From IMG/VR virus record IMGVR_UViG_3300045973_000675, positions 1 through 64,000 of that record: a stretch of DNA of 64,000 bases, one strand, 5' to 3'. This document shows, one piece after another, positions 1 through 9,753 of this stretch. Numbering within the stretch: position 1 is the first letter of the stretch; the number at the start of each line of letters is the position of its first letter. Made by a program: the position numbers and the translations under genes. Below the pieces are notes generated by a model that searched no databases, was not told where the DNA came from, and saw only the letters and a list, made by a program, of their open reading frames with translations. The DNA is from a virus.

Positions 1-1
1 C

Positions 2-1249
2 GTTCATCGGCGTGTAGGTCAAAGCGCTGGTGACGTTGGCGCTCGTGAGAGCGTGCGTGGCGGTGATGGCCCCGCTCGTGACATCGACGAGAACGTCGCT
101 TCCGGTCACGGTGCTGGTTTGCAGCGCTCCCGCGATGCGCGAGTCATCCCCCGCCGCAACGGTCCCGGCAGTCGTTCCAACGGGCAGCCAGCCAACGTCG
201 ATCTTGTGGTTAGTATCGGCTTGTGGGATTGCACTTGCCATTGGGGTGAGTGTGATGTTGGGTGCGAAGACGTTGGCAGAGGCGTCGAAGCCGGCGAGGC
301 CAGAGGCGCCGACGCGAAGCAGGTAAGAGCCGCACGTGCTGTTGGCTATGTCAATTTCTCCGCTTGGGCACCAAGCGAGCCGCGTGGTGAGTGGGGCTGA
401 TGTCCCACCCGTCCCATACGGTGCGTTGGCAAAAGTTACAATCCCACTTGCCAGGGCAAGGGAGAACACCGACGCATACCCGGCAACTACATATTTATTC
501 GTTGGGTTGTAATTGAATCCGATCCTTCCCGTGCTCATTGACACTGGGGCCGCGAAGGTGCTGGCAATATTCATGGCGTTCAACATCAATGCTCCGGAAG
601 CATCAAACTGTGCCTGACCAGTGGATCCGATAGACAACGGTGCAGGAGCCGCGCTCGCATTCCCCACGCTGACGTTTGTCTCGGTCGTGGTGCTGACGCC
701 GGTTCCGATGCCCGTCACGGTTCCGGTCCACGACGCGGTGCCACTGGCCGTAGCACTCGCGGTCCCGCTCACGGTCTGCGTTCCCGTGACGGTGCCAGTC
801 CCCGCACTCGTGCCTGTGCCTGTCGCGGTCGCCGTGACAGTTCTGGTTCCAGTGTTGGTGCTGGTGGCGTTCGTGGCGGTCGCGGTGAGCGAGCCAGTTC
901 CAGTCAGCGAGCCGGGGAGAAGGTAGATCGGAACAAGCGTACTGCTCAAATTTGGGATGACCGACGTGCTGAGCTTCGTCGCGCTGTCCAGGCACGGGAT
1001 GCCGTTGGCCGTGTTCGAGCAGATGTCGGTCGCGGAGACGGTGACGGTGCCATCCGCCGTCAACGTCTTGGTCGCGTTCGGGAACACAACGGTGGTGTTC
1101 CTCTGCTGCGACTGGAGAATCTTGTGGTCCGTCGAGCATATCTCGGCCGGTCCTTCGGTGTAGTCACAGTCGGCGGACCACGCCCACTTAGGTAGCACTA
1201 GGCCAGCGAGTGCGAAGGCGAGAAGGACCTGTGTGACCATGGCCCTCAT
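2..1249 (-). CDS. Thr/Gly-rich fibre/adhesin-like protein with N-terminal signal peptide (runs off the window edge)
   Basis: Not in the ORF track because there is no stop before position 1. Manual translation from ATG 1249 (SD GGAGGT): MRAMVTQVLLAFALAGLVLPKWAWSA-DCDYTEG..., long T/G/A tract, then GTTAGTVAAGDDSRI, a motif typical of phage tail fibres. Confidence 0.75.
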   Translation of the reverse strand, partial: MRAMVTQVLLAFALAGLVLPKWAWSADCDYTEGPAEICSTDHKILQSQQRNTTVVFPNATKTLTADGTVTVSATDICSNTANGIPCLDSATKLSTSVIPNLSSTLVPIYLLPGSLTGTGSLTATATNATSTNTGTRTVTATATGTGTSAGTGTVTGTQTVSGTASATASGTASWTGTVTGIGTGVSTTTETNVSVGNASAAPAPLSIGSTGQAQFDASGALMLNAMNIASTFAAPVSMSTGRIGFNYNPTNKYVVAGYASVFSLALASGIVTFANAPYGTGGTSAPLTTRLAWCPSGEIDIANSTCGSYLLRVGASGLAGFDASANVFAPNITLTPMASAIPQADTNHKIDVGWLPVGTTAGTVAAGDDSRIAGALQTSTVTGSDVLVDVTSGAITATHALTSANVTSALTYTPMN

Positions 1250-1353
1250 TGCGCACCTCCAAGGATCAATCCCGCCAGCCATGCGCCAGCGCATGCGGTT
1301 GCGACGAAGATGGATCCGCTGAGTAGGCCGTAGGTTTCTTGTTGTTTGGTCAT
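1246..1353 (-). CDS. 35-aa single-TM membrane peptide
   Basis: MTKQQETYGLLSGSIFVATACAGAWLAGLILGGAQ; SD GAGGA; ATGA overlap with the downstream gene. Confidence 0.6.
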   Translation of the reverse strand: MTKQQETYGLLSGSIFVATACAGAWLAGLILGGAQ

Positions 1354-1363
1354 TGATTCTTCC

Positions 1364-2791
1364 TCATGCTGACACCGTGTACGTCTGGTACGCCTTCAGG
1401 CACCATCGATTCTCGCTGAGATTGAGCCAGAACCACAGCGCCGTCGGTCCGCCGAATTGCTTCGACTTGCCCGTCCCCGCAACAGCATCGAGGGCGAGCG
1501 GAAGAAAGTCACTTCCACCAGGCGGCGTCGCCCCGTTCACGACGACGATCTTGTTGCTCGGGGTGGCGTTCTTGAGATAGACCATGAACTCGAAGTGATC
1601 GGGAATAGCTCGGCCGTCGTTCCACTTCTTGTTGATGCCCTGGAAGGTGTTGTCGCCCCCTACCGTGAAGTCGCAAGCGTTAGCCCACGTGGTCGCGTGC
1701 TTTGATGGCATCAACCACGCGCCGCTAGTGGTCTGGTCAACGACGGGCGCGCTCACGCCGGGGACTGCCTTCAAGTCGAGCTTGTGCGTGCTCGCGTCAA
1801 CCGACGCAATTACCGAGCCGTCCGCCGACTGCACCACCTCGGACAGGTAGCCCGGCGTCGATCCAAACTCGACGCTGACCTTGTGATCGTTGATCGGCGC
1901 TACAGTGCTTCCCCCAGGCGGCGCGAGCAGTGGGGCATTGATGCTGCTGGGATGGTCGAGCCCTAGGCCAACCTCTACAGTGGCCGTTCCCGCAGAGGTA
2001 ATCATGAGACCAATGCGGATCACGTCGTCGACGCTGTCGACAGTTTCCGCTATAGGAACATCAACCCGAAACAACGTCCATGTCGCACTCGACGCGGTCC
2101 CGACGGCTATGTCGGTATTGAGATTGACTGCTGGTCCCGTCGGATGTTGGCGGAATAGTCCGGCCGTCAGGGTAGCGGTTCCTGCGGTGGCGCGTGCCCA
2201 AATCCGTAGGCGCCAAACCCGCGCCGGCCAGATTGCCAAATGGGGATCTCCAGCGGTACTGGCGTATGAACCCAAAAACTCGGAGCCACCGCCCGTTACA
2301 GTTGCGGATAACACCTCAGATGGTCGCCCGCTATCCGGGTTGCGTTGCAGTGATGTCGGGACGTAGGGAGAACTGTAAAAAGGCGGCGAGGCTTTAGTCT
2401 GGTTCGATCCGCCGTCGCCTCCGACATGGATGATCGCGCCGGGGTCGCCTGCACCGTCGTCTCGCTGACCTAAAATCCAAAGGAACAGTCGGTCAGAGGT
2501 CAGGCCGGAAAGCGATTGAACAGGGACAGAGAATGTGTACAGTGCCCACGAGCTCGACAGTGTCTGCGGCGTCAGCCCAACTGGAGGAGCAGAGTCCGTT
2601 CCGGTGTCGTACGGGGTCCAACTCCCGTGGGCATACTGCCCACGCATCAAGCGAGGAACTATCGTGTAGGTGTGGCCGCTTGTTGGATTTTCGACCTTCG
2701 CATAGATGGTCACCGGCACGGTCCCCGGCGGCCAGATGGCAAGGTTCGGGCTTGTATCTGGCTCAAAAGTCCATATTGACCAGCCTGCCAT
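1364..2791 (-). CDS. putative tail fibre/receptor-binding protein with an internally duplicated domain
   Basis: Start moved to ATG 2791 (TAATG overlap). Repeated PNLAIWP/PHLAIWP modules; beta-rich; lies distal to the spike gene. Confidence 0.6.
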   Translation of the reverse strand: MAGWSIWTFEPDTSPNLAIWPPGTVPVTIYAKVENPTSGHTYTIVPRLMRGQYAHGSWTPYDTGTDSAPPVGLTPQTLSSSWALYTFSVPVQSLSGLTSDRLFLWILGQRDDGAGDPGAIIHVGGDGGSNQTKASPPFYSSPYVPTSLQRNPDSGRPSEVLSATVTGGGSEFLGSYASTAGDPHLAIWPARVWRLRIWARATAGTATLTAGLFRQHPTGPAVNLNTDIAVGTASSATWTLFRVDVPIAETVDSVDDVIRIGLMITSAGTATVEVGLGLDHPSSINAPLLAPPGGSTVAPINDHKVSVEFGSTPGYLSEVVQSADGSVIASVDASTHKLDLKAVPGVSAPVVDQTTSGAWLMPSKHATTWANACDFTVGGDNTFQGINKKWNDGRAIPDHFEFMVYLKNATPSNKIVVVNGATPPGGSDFLPLALDAVAGTGKSKQFGGPTALWFWLNLSENRWCLKAYQTYTVSA

Positions 2792-3447
2792 TACGGTGTA
2801 CCCGGTGCTCCGCGTCCGGAGCCTCCGTCTGTGACGGCTACGCCGATGTCCCAAGATGCAGGCGAAGCGGTCACGAGTTTAGGATTTGCGTACTGGTTGG
2901 GGATAACATCCGAGGCGTAGTAGACGATCGGGACTGCGGCGGTCGAGTCAATCAGGTACAGGTCGCCGCCGGCCGTGTCCTTGGTCGGGTGGACGTGTTC
3001 CTTTGCCGTCGCCTCTCCGCTGCTCGTAGCGCCGGGGTCGGCAATTCCGTCTTCAAGGGGGAGCTCGGTGCTGAGGGTGACGCTGTCTTGACTGTCGATG
3101 CGCTGCCACGCCGTCGCGGCTGCACCGGTCTTCCACCAGAGCGCAACGAAGTTTCCAGAGCCGTCAACCTGCTGAGCCACAGCGGGGATCTGACGGTTGA
3201 ACGATGTTCCTGGCGCCTCCGGATCGTCATGAGTCCCCGACGATGGATCGAAGGTGATCCGCACCCACCCTGGGACGTGCGTGACCGTCGCGTTGCCGGC
3301 GATCTTCGCCATCAGCACGGCGAGGGCTGCCGCCTGAGCGGCATTCGGCAGAGCGCCGTTGAGCGATTGCAGGAATGCCAGCCCCTCCGTCACCTGCGCG
3401 TCGTAGGTGTCCTGGCCGAGCGCGCGCCCTGTTGGGGTATCGTTCAC
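2791..3447 (-). CDS. hypothetical virion/baseplate-associated protein
   Basis: Translationally coupled to both neighbours in the tail operon. Confidence 0.55.
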   Translation of the reverse strand: MNDTPTGRALGQDTYDAQVTEGLAFLQSLNGALPNAAQAAALAVLMAKIAGNATVTHVPGWVRITFDPSSGTHDDPEAPGTSFNRQIPAVAQQVDGSGNFVALWWKTGAAATAWQRIDSQDSVTLSTELPLEDGIADPGATSSGEATAKEHVHPTKDTAGGDLYLIDSTAAVPIVYYASDVIPNQYANPKLVTASPASWDIGVAVTDGGSGRGAPGTP

Positions 3448-4151
3448 TGGTACTCCGAAAACGCGACCTTCGACAGGAAGTCCGTGGTTGCTCCCGCTTG
3501 GGTGAAGACGGTGATGTCCTGCATGAGGGCCTGGAACCCAGGCTGCAAGGCTGACAGCGGCCCCTGGGAAGCGGCCACAAGAGACGCCAGGGCGGCTAGG
3601 TCGTTCTGTAGGCGCGCCTTCTCGGCGGTGCGGTAGCTGGTGCCGAGCATGATGGCCTCGTCGGCGCTCTCGCTGCCGAGCTGGATTGGATGATCGGTAG
3701 ACTTCGCACGCAGGCGGATGACCGTCCCGTCCGGCTTGCGACGGATGAACATCTGCTCTTGTCCTCCGCGGCTATCCAGCACGATGTCGAATGCCTTGGT
3801 TTCGATGATCCTGACCAGGTGGGCGTCCTTAGGTGCGATGGTCTGCGCGTAGGTCGGGGCCTCGCTCTTGCCGCCAGGCTTGCCCCAGTGGCCGCCCTGG
3901 TACTTGGGCCTGTCGGGGTCGCCCATAAGAAACTGCACCGTTACGGTGGCCCCCATCTCGGGAACGTCGAAGTCTCCGGTCTGCGCACTGCCGCTGGCCT
4001 TGCCGACAGGTTCAGCCCACGCCGAATCAGGCTCAATCAGTCCGGGGATCATCACGCGCACGCGCCCCAACAGCAGCGGATCTGCGTTGTCGACCACCGT
4101 CCCGTCGTAGAGACCGAGGTATCGGAGCGCTTCTGGATCGTCGAATTCCAT
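3444..4151 (-). CDS. baseplate spike (gp5/VgrG/GpV OB-fold)
   Basis: GTVVDNADPLLLGRVRVMIP...WAEP...VPEMGATVTVQFLMGDPDRPKYQGG, the gpV/Vgr OB-fold signature. Confidence 0.9.
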   Translation of the reverse strand: MEFDDPEALRYLGLYDGTVVDNADPLLLGRVRVMIPGLIEPDSAWAEPVGKASGSAQTGDFDVPEMGATVTVQFLMGDPDRPKYQGGHWGKPGGKSEAPTYAQTIAPKDAHLVRIIETKAFDIVLDSRGGQEQMFIRRKPDGTVIRLRAKSTDHPIQLGSESADEAIMLGTSYRTAEKARLQNDLAALASLVAASQGPLSALQPGFQALMQDITVFTQAGATTDFLSKVAFSEYQ

Positions 4152-5383
4152 TAGTGCCTCGGGTGGAAGGACGTGCCCTCTGATTCGCTGGTGCGACGGT
4201 TGATCTTTTCGATCTCTTCCAGCTTATCGTCGTCGGCCGATTCCTTCTTGTTCAGCGCGCCCTTGGCCTTCACGTCGCGCTTGGGATCTGCCCAGCCGAA
4301 GTGAGCATCGCGGGTGCATTCGAGCGCGATGACGTACGGACCCGTCCCGACGGGCTTGTGGTTGGCCTTCTCGATGTACCACTTACCCGACAGGCGCTGG
4401 CCAATGCCGGCCACCACCACCAGGTCGCGCGCTCCGACGTTCTTGTCCCCCACGATGGTGCACGACATCTTGAGCAGGCCCTTGCGGCTCTTGTGGTACT
4501 TGGCGTCCGATTCGCGCTTGGCTGCGGCCTCGGTGGGGGCCGAGGTTGAGGACGTGGCCTCGGACGCCGCCTTGGTGGCAAGTCCGAGCGATTGGGCGCT
4601 CTTCTGGTCGAATAGTTCGATGGTCGTTCCCAGCGTGGGATCCGTGTGGTCGGCGTTTCCACGTGAAACGGCAATGGCCTTCTTGGACATCGGGTCGATG
4701 CCCTTATGGGCCATGGCCCCAACCTTCCCTTTCACCTCTTCCGAGATAGTCGGGAAGGTCACGAACACGCAGTTTGGATCTTGGGCATTGGTCTTGCCCG
4801 CCCACACGAGGGTCTTGACTGGCTGCTGGTCGAACTTGGCGCGGTGGAAGTGCAGTTGCCCGCGCGAGATCACAAACTCGAATCCTTCCTGATCGGCGAG
4901 GTGGCGGATGAACTGGGCATCCGTGCACCGGGCCTGCGTGATCTGCGGGTAGATGACCTTCGTGTCCTCGACGTAGGCATCGGTCCCGAACCCATATTCG
5001 GCCGCGACCTTTCGCACAACATCGGACCTGGTCATGCTGGACCAGCGGCGCGACTTGCGCTCGCCGTCCATCCACACGGCCTGCCCGTGGGCCTTGATGG
5101 ACAGCAGCTGCCCGCCCGAGATTTCGACGATCACGCAGCGGCGAACCTCGGTCATGTCACCGTGGTAGCCCCACGAGACATCGATCTCATTCTTCAGGCG
5201 GAACAGCGGATCGTCGAAGAACGCCAGGTCCCAGTTGTCCAGCGAGAGCGTGACCTCGTCGACCAGCTTGGCGTTGTCGTCGTAGGAAAACGAGACGATG
5301 CGCTCGCTCAAGTCGAGCGGGATGGAGTTCTTGTCGCCGATCCGCTTGATCGCCACCGTGACGTGAGGGGCGTCTTGGCTCAC
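4151..5383 (-). CDS. baseplate hub (late control D / Mu gp44-like)
   Basis: ITQARCTDAQFIRHLADQEGFEF and GIGQRLSGKWYIEKANH motifs; position before the spike. Confidence 0.85.
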   Translation of the reverse strand: MSQDAPHVTVAIKRIGDKNSIPLDLSERIVSFSYDDNAKLVDEVTLSLDNWDLAFFDDPLFRLKNEIDVSWGYHGDMTEVRRCVIVEISGGQLLSIKAHGQAVWMDGERKSRRWSSMTRSDVVRKVAAEYGFGTDAYVEDTKVIYPQITQARCTDAQFIRHLADQEGFEFVISRGQLHFHRAKFDQQPVKTLVWAGKTNAQDPNCVFVTFPTISEEVKGKVGAMAHKGIDPMSKKAIAVSRGNADHTDPTLGTTIELFDQKSAQSLGLATKAASEATSSTSAPTEAAAKRESDAKYHKSRKGLLKMSCTIVGDKNVGARDLVVVAGIGQRLSGKWYIEKANHKPVGTGPYVIALECTRDAHFGWADPKRDVKAKGALNKKESADDDKLEEIEKINRRTSESEGTSFHPRH

Positions 5384-5715
5384 CGCTGCCCCCGCGTTGC
5401 ACTGAGGATCTTCTCCAGCACGGTGCGCTCGCTCGGGAACACGAGTTCGCGCCCGGGCGTGAGGGCAATGGTCGGGTCATGGATGGGCTGTGGCTGGAAC
5501 CACGCGACGATGGGCCACAGGTGCTGGCCGTCCTTGATGTTCGGGAAGGCTCGCGCAGACAGTCCCCAAAGAGTGTCGCCATCCACCACCGTGTGGTACT
5601 TGTTGTCGGGCAAGTCCTGGTAGCGAAATGGATCTGGGTCCGTCAGAAACGTCCTGCCCTGGTCGTCCTTGATGGCCAACGAGAGCGAGTAGCGGGAGAG
5701 GCGCGAGGGCGGCAT
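5380..5715 (-). CDS. LysM/tail X (gp53-like) baseplate protein
   Basis: YHTVVDGDTLWGLSARAF...LWPIVAWFQ...LTPGRELVFP. Confidence 0.85.
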   Translation of the reverse strand: MPPSRLSRYSLSLAIKDDQGRTFLTDPDPFRYQDLPDNKYHTVVDGDTLWGLSARAFPNIKDGQHLWPIVAWFQPQPIHDPTIALTPGRELVFPSERTVLEKILSATRGQR

Positions 5716-6440
5716 CAGCCAATCCCCTGTCGAGAGCTGCGCTGATTACCCGAGACCAGAACGTCGGTCCTGGTCATGTGGGCGTCGCGGATTTCCTTGA
5801 GCGAGATGGCCGCGCTGAAACGCAATACCTCTCCAGTCCTTGCCCATCCGGTGTACTCGATTCCAATTTCCTCGACTGTGGCCGTCAGGCTGATGAAGTT
5901 GGGCCAGTAGAACAGCACTCGCGGGGGTGAACCGGTGGTGGTTGATGCGTAGCCAAGACTGCGCAGAAAATTCATCGCGCTATCTACGTAGTCAACCCCA
6001 GCCGTGATGCCGGGATTCTCAAACTGATCGACGTTCGCGTTCTGCATGTATTCGAGGGCGTCGAATTGCAGCGTGAACTTGAACGGAACGCTCTTGGTAT
6101 GTGAGTAGTGCCGGCGTTCGTGACTGAGCCCTGGCACCACAATGTCAGACCACACGGCACTAATGGTCTCGCTCAACTTGTCCGGGTTGAACTGGGCGTC
6201 CATCCACGTGGTGAACCGACCCTCTTCCTTGTTCTGCAGATCGGCATCGTCATACAGATGCAGCTCCATCTTGGCCGCCGGAATAGAGAGCGACGACATC
6301 TGGCCCGCGGGAGCGGCGGGGCGGATGGGCGGGTTCTGGTCGCGCGCCACGGCCTTGCTGGGCTTGGCGGTCGGCTGTGCAGCCGCGATGCTGGCCGCGA
6401 CGTTCACGCCGAAGAACTTGGTGAGGACGGGAATGGCCAC
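5715..6440 (-). CDS. tail tube initiator (CIS-tube/Afp7-like)
   Basis: QFNPDKLSE...FTLQFD...PPRVLFYW...ISLKE pattern; follows the tape measure. Confidence 0.75.
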   Translation of the reverse strand: MAIPVLTKFFGVNVAASIAAAQPTAKPSKAVARDQNPPIRPAAPAGQMSSLSIPAAKMELHLYDDADLQNKEEGRFTTWMDAQFNPDKLSETISAVWSDIVVPGLSHERRHYSHTKSVPFKFTLQFDALEYMQNANVDQFENPGITAGVDYVDSAMNFLRSLGYASTTTGSPPRVLFYWPNFISLTATVEEIGIEYTGWARTGEVLRFSAAISLKEIRDAHMTRTDVLVSGNQRSSRQGIG

Positions 6441-6443
6441 GGC

Positions 6444-8723
6444 TTAGCCCCCTACCGGGATGGGGTGGAAGGCGCGCGCCCGCTTGCGCAGGTCGGCCTT
6501 GCGCACGGATTCCGCGACCTGCTCGCCGTCCAGGTGCAGGTGGGTGTGGATTTCGGCGACGGCTGGACCCACGGATTGGACGTCGGATACCGAAGACTGG
6601 TTGGCGGCATGCTGTGACGACGTCGGTCCGCGGGCGATGACGCTGGCCATGGCCGCAACGGGGATCGTCGACGCGCCGGCCGCGGACGACATTTGGCCAA
6701 CGTCCATGGACGCGATCGGGCTCTGCTCTGGCGCGGCCACCACCACCGTCCTGCCTGTGAGGTCGTCGCGGAACTTGTTGATCGACGTTTCGACCTGATC
6801 GAGTTCGCGACCCACGCTGTTGGACAGGCCGAGATCTGCACCGAACAACGAACCAACGAAATCCGCCGTCTTGGCCAGGATGCGAAGAAGCGACGAGGCC
6901 ATGCCGATCACGAAACCAATGGCGTCGAGCGCGATGGCCGCGAACCCTTGCAGTGCCCCCTTCATGTCGCCGTCCAAGATCGCCACAACCAAATTCAGGC
7001 CGTCGCGCAAGAAGTAGAGCACCGGCTTGATGACCGGACCGAGCACCTCCCATGCCTCACGAAATATCCCGATCAAGGTAGTGGCCACGCGGAATTCAAA
7101 CGCTACTTTCTCAGCCAGAATGCCAGCAACCCATGCCAGAAGAGTTCCGACGTAGGCTGCGACATCTCCGAACGTATCCCAGGTGGCAGCATTCCCCTCT
7201 GCGGAGTCGTCCGCCAGCCCCAGGGCAATACCGATTCCCTTCCATGCGAGCAGCAGTCTGTCGAAGGTCGGCTGCAACTTTTCCATTGTGTTGTCCCAGC
7301 CATTCATGAACCCTTCCCAGGCGTTCTGGATGACCCCGACCCAGTGCCAGACCTGAACGGCAAACTTCTTGATCCCGGAGTTCTCCGCCTTGTCCATCTC
7401 TTCACGGACCTTGCCGGAGAAGCCGCCTTGGTCGAAAAGCTGCACGAGACCCTGGAAGACGAGACCGACCGTATTGGCCGCAGCGGCGAAGCGGCCCCAA
7501 AAACCGTTGCCCTCGACGATCTCCCGGTTGAGATCTTTGATGGCCAGGTTGAGAAGCATTAGGGCCGGCGCGAATACCTTGGTCAGCGGCCCGCCGATGA
7601 AATCGACCATGTTGGCAAAGTTCGCCCTGAGTCGGTTTTCCTGAGTCCCCATCTCTTCCGCGACGGACTCGGTCATGGCCTGCGCGGCCCCGCCGGCGCC
7701 ATTCATCTGCTTGCCGATCTCCGCGGCTGCCTTTGCACCGTAGACCATCTCGCCCGAAGCGCTCCGCACGCCGCGCGAAAGTTCGCCCATGATGGCAACC
7801 ATGGTGCCGGCGCCGCGAGGCCCGAAGACCTTCCCGATCTTCTCTGCCTTGTCGCCTTCGGATAGCGATCCCATGCGAGCGTCGAGTTCGGCCAGGATGG
7901 TCAGGAGGGGCTTCATCCCTCCCGTGGCGGCGTCTTTGGCGCTTACCCCTAGTCCGGCCAGCTTCGCGCGCGCAGCCCCTCCCGCGAGCCCCGACAGCGC
8001 CATGTTGACGCCCATGATGGCCTGGCCGGCATCGGGCAAGACCTTCTTGGCCAAGCCGACGGCCGCCAAGGCGTCGTTGAAGTTGGCCCCCGCGAGTTCC
8101 GCGCCGCGGGCCACGCCGGTCACCATCGGGACGATATCGGCAGCTGATACCCCGAACATCCGCATGGCCACGGCCATCTTGTCGACCGTGGGGGTGGCGT
8201 CGGCGGCCGTGAGGTGAAATTCCTTCAGGATGCTGGCCACCGCCTGCGCGGCCTGTGGCCCCGCCAGCTCCCCGAAACTCGCCTTGGCCAGAAGGACGCT
8301 GGCATTCAGAGCCTCGATGGCACCCTCTGCCCCCATGCCGTTGGTGATGAGCATCTTGAGGTCTTGGGCAGCCTCGTCGGCCGTGACGCCAATGCCCCGC
8401 AGCCCAACGTCGTCCGCAGCCTTGCGCAGTTCTTCCAGTTGCTCGGCAGTGGCACCAGCGCGGGCCCCGGCCTGGGCCAAGGTCAATGAACCCTCGGCCG
8501 CCTCGTGGGCGAACCCGTAGGCGATGGCGGTACCGGCGGCAACGGCCGCTCCCGCAACGGCGGCAAGGCCAAGCGCCCACTTCCCGAGATGCAGCGCGGA
8601 CCCGGTCGCCAAATCCTCGGCCGCCTTTTCGGTGGCGTGGAACTGATGCTTGGCCTTCTCCATCACGGTGGAGAATTCGTCCTTGGCCTCCAGGAGAATG
8701 CCCAGCCCGAGATTGTTCAGCAT
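6444..8723 (-). CDS. tail tape measure protein (TP901-type core)
   Basis: 759 aa, Ala/Gly-rich helical; KLAGLGVSAKDAATGGMKPLLTILAEL...KVFG motif; follows the chaperone. Confidence 0.9.
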   Translation of the reverse strand: MLNNLGLGILLEAKDEFSTVMEKAKHQFHATEKAAEDLATGSALHLGKWALGLAAVAGAAVAAGTAIAYGFAHEAAEGSLTLAQAGARAGATAEQLEELRKAADDVGLRGIGVTADEAAQDLKMLITNGMGAEGAIEALNASVLLAKASFGELAGPQAAQAVASILKEFHLTAADATPTVDKMAVAMRMFGVSAADIVPMVTGVARGAELAGANFNDALAAVGLAKKVLPDAGQAIMGVNMALSGLAGGAARAKLAGLGVSAKDAATGGMKPLLTILAELDARMGSLSEGDKAEKIGKVFGPRGAGTMVAIMGELSRGVRSASGEMVYGAKAAAEIGKQMNGAGGAAQAMTESVAEEMGTQENRLRANFANMVDFIGGPLTKVFAPALMLLNLAIKDLNREIVEGNGFWGRFAAAANTVGLVFQGLVQLFDQGGFSGKVREEMDKAENSGIKKFAVQVWHWVGVIQNAWEGFMNGWDNTMEKLQPTFDRLLLAWKGIGIALGLADDSAEGNAATWDTFGDVAAYVGTLLAWVAGILAEKVAFEFRVATTLIGIFREAWEVLGPVIKPVLYFLRDGLNLVVAILDGDMKGALQGFAAIALDAIGFVIGMASSLLRILAKTADFVGSLFGADLGLSNSVGRELDQVETSINKFRDDLTGRTVVVAAPEQSPIASMDVGQMSSAAGASTIPVAAMASVIARGPTSSQHAANQSSVSDVQSVGPAVAEIHTHLHLDGEQVAESVRKADLRKRARAFHPIPVGG

Positions 8724-8725
8724 GG

Positions 8726-9007
8726 CTAGCCGCCACTCTGCCTCTTGATCGCGTTGGCACTGTCCTTGCGCGCCTTCATGAGGCGATTGAAGAACCAGTT
8801 GATGCGATCGAGCGACATGTCCATCACGTCCGATAGAGAAAACCCGTAGCCGTACCCACCTTCAAGGTACTGGAGCCAATGGACCTTCTCCCAAAACGTC
8901 TCCTCGTCGAGAGCGGGGAAGATGCAGTGAGGACCGGGGATTAGGTCGTCGGATCCTTCTTCTGTGCCGCCCGATTCGGGACGAAGAATCCACCCTCCCC
9001 GAAAGGG
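8726..9007 (-). CDS. C-terminal frameshifted extension of the tail assembly chaperone (gpGT-like)
   Basis: Protein-like -1 frame (FWEKVHWLQY...FSLSDVMDMSLDRINWF) with no convincing own start; begins at slippery site C CCT TTC. Confidence 0.7.
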   Translation of the reverse strand, partial: PFRGGWILRPESGGTEEGSDDLIPGPHCIFPALDEETFWEKVHWLQYLEGGYGYGFSLSDVMDMSLDRINWFFNRLMKARKDSANAIKRQSGG

Positions 9008-9699
9008 ATCTGCACCTCGCGCGACCACCCGCATTCCGGGCATTCGATGAAGGTCGCGGTGTCGACCCCGCAATCGTGCTCGTCCATGGCCCGCAAGGCC
9101 TCGAACTGCTTCTCCGCTCCCTCGGTCTCAAAGAACTTGCGCAGCCCACCTTCGGGCACGCCATCGATGTCGTGAATTCGTGCCACCAGCGAAGGGATGA
9201 ACGCCTTGGCCTGTGTGCCGAACTTGGCAATCTTCACCTCGTCGACGCCGATCGCCAGCTTGAAGTGGAATTGCCTTCCATCGGGGAAGTTGGACTCGAA
9301 GCGATTGCCGTTCTTGAAGGACTCCAGATCCTCGGGAGATAGGGTCTTGACCGTCAGGTCGTTGACCAAGTCCGTGTGCCAGTAGGGGAAGGGCTTGCGG
9401 CACTTCGGCTCCCCGCACTGGGCCGGAAAGGAGAACGTCTCCCCGTACATCAGGATGCGGACCTGAATGGACGCGTAGACACGGTCGCCGGACAGGACGT
9501 TCTTCCAATCGAGATTGCCGCCTTCGTCCGTGGTGTACGGGCCGGGATCTGCGGTCGACTGCCAGCAGGCCTGCATGAGGCGGTCGACGAACAGGCCGGA
9601 CCGCTGCAATTGCCGATCGCCAAGCAGCTCGAAGTTCTTCCCCGTCAGCTTGTCGATATAGCCCGAGAGCCCCGACGGGCAGGTGATGATCTTGCTCAT
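8941..9699 (-). CDS. tail assembly chaperone with CxxC motifs
   Basis: Between tube and tape measure; QCGEPKC and ECPECG motifs as in gp26-like/eCIS-type chaperones. Confidence 0.75.
   Translation of the reverse strand: MSKIITCPSGLSGYIDKLTGKNFELLGDRQLQRSGLFVDRLMQACWQSTADPGPYTTDEGGNLDWKNVLSGDRVYASIQVRILMYGETFSFPAQCGEPKCRKPFPYWHTDLVNDLTVKTLSPEDLESFKNGNRFESNFPDGRQFHFKLAIGVDEVKIAKFGTQAKAFIPSLVARIHDIDGVPEGGLRKFFETEGAEKQFEALRAMDEHDCGVDTATFIECPECGWSREVQIPFGEGGFFVPNRAAQKKDPTT
9001..9007 (-). promoter_or_regulatory. -1 programmed ribosomal frameshift heptamer CCCTTTC
   Basis: In-frame ATC CCT TTC fits X XXY YYZ; a -1 slip enters the 8726 ORF. Confidence 0.7.
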
Positions 9700-9753
9700 G
9701 TTGTTCTAACCCCCGGCGGCTCGTAGCTGGCCGCCAACAGCGTGAACTTGCGG

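Noticed and set aside
603-1139. His/Arg-rich ORF in the track
   Set aside because: Off-frame reading of the Thr/Gly tract of the real gene starting at 1249.
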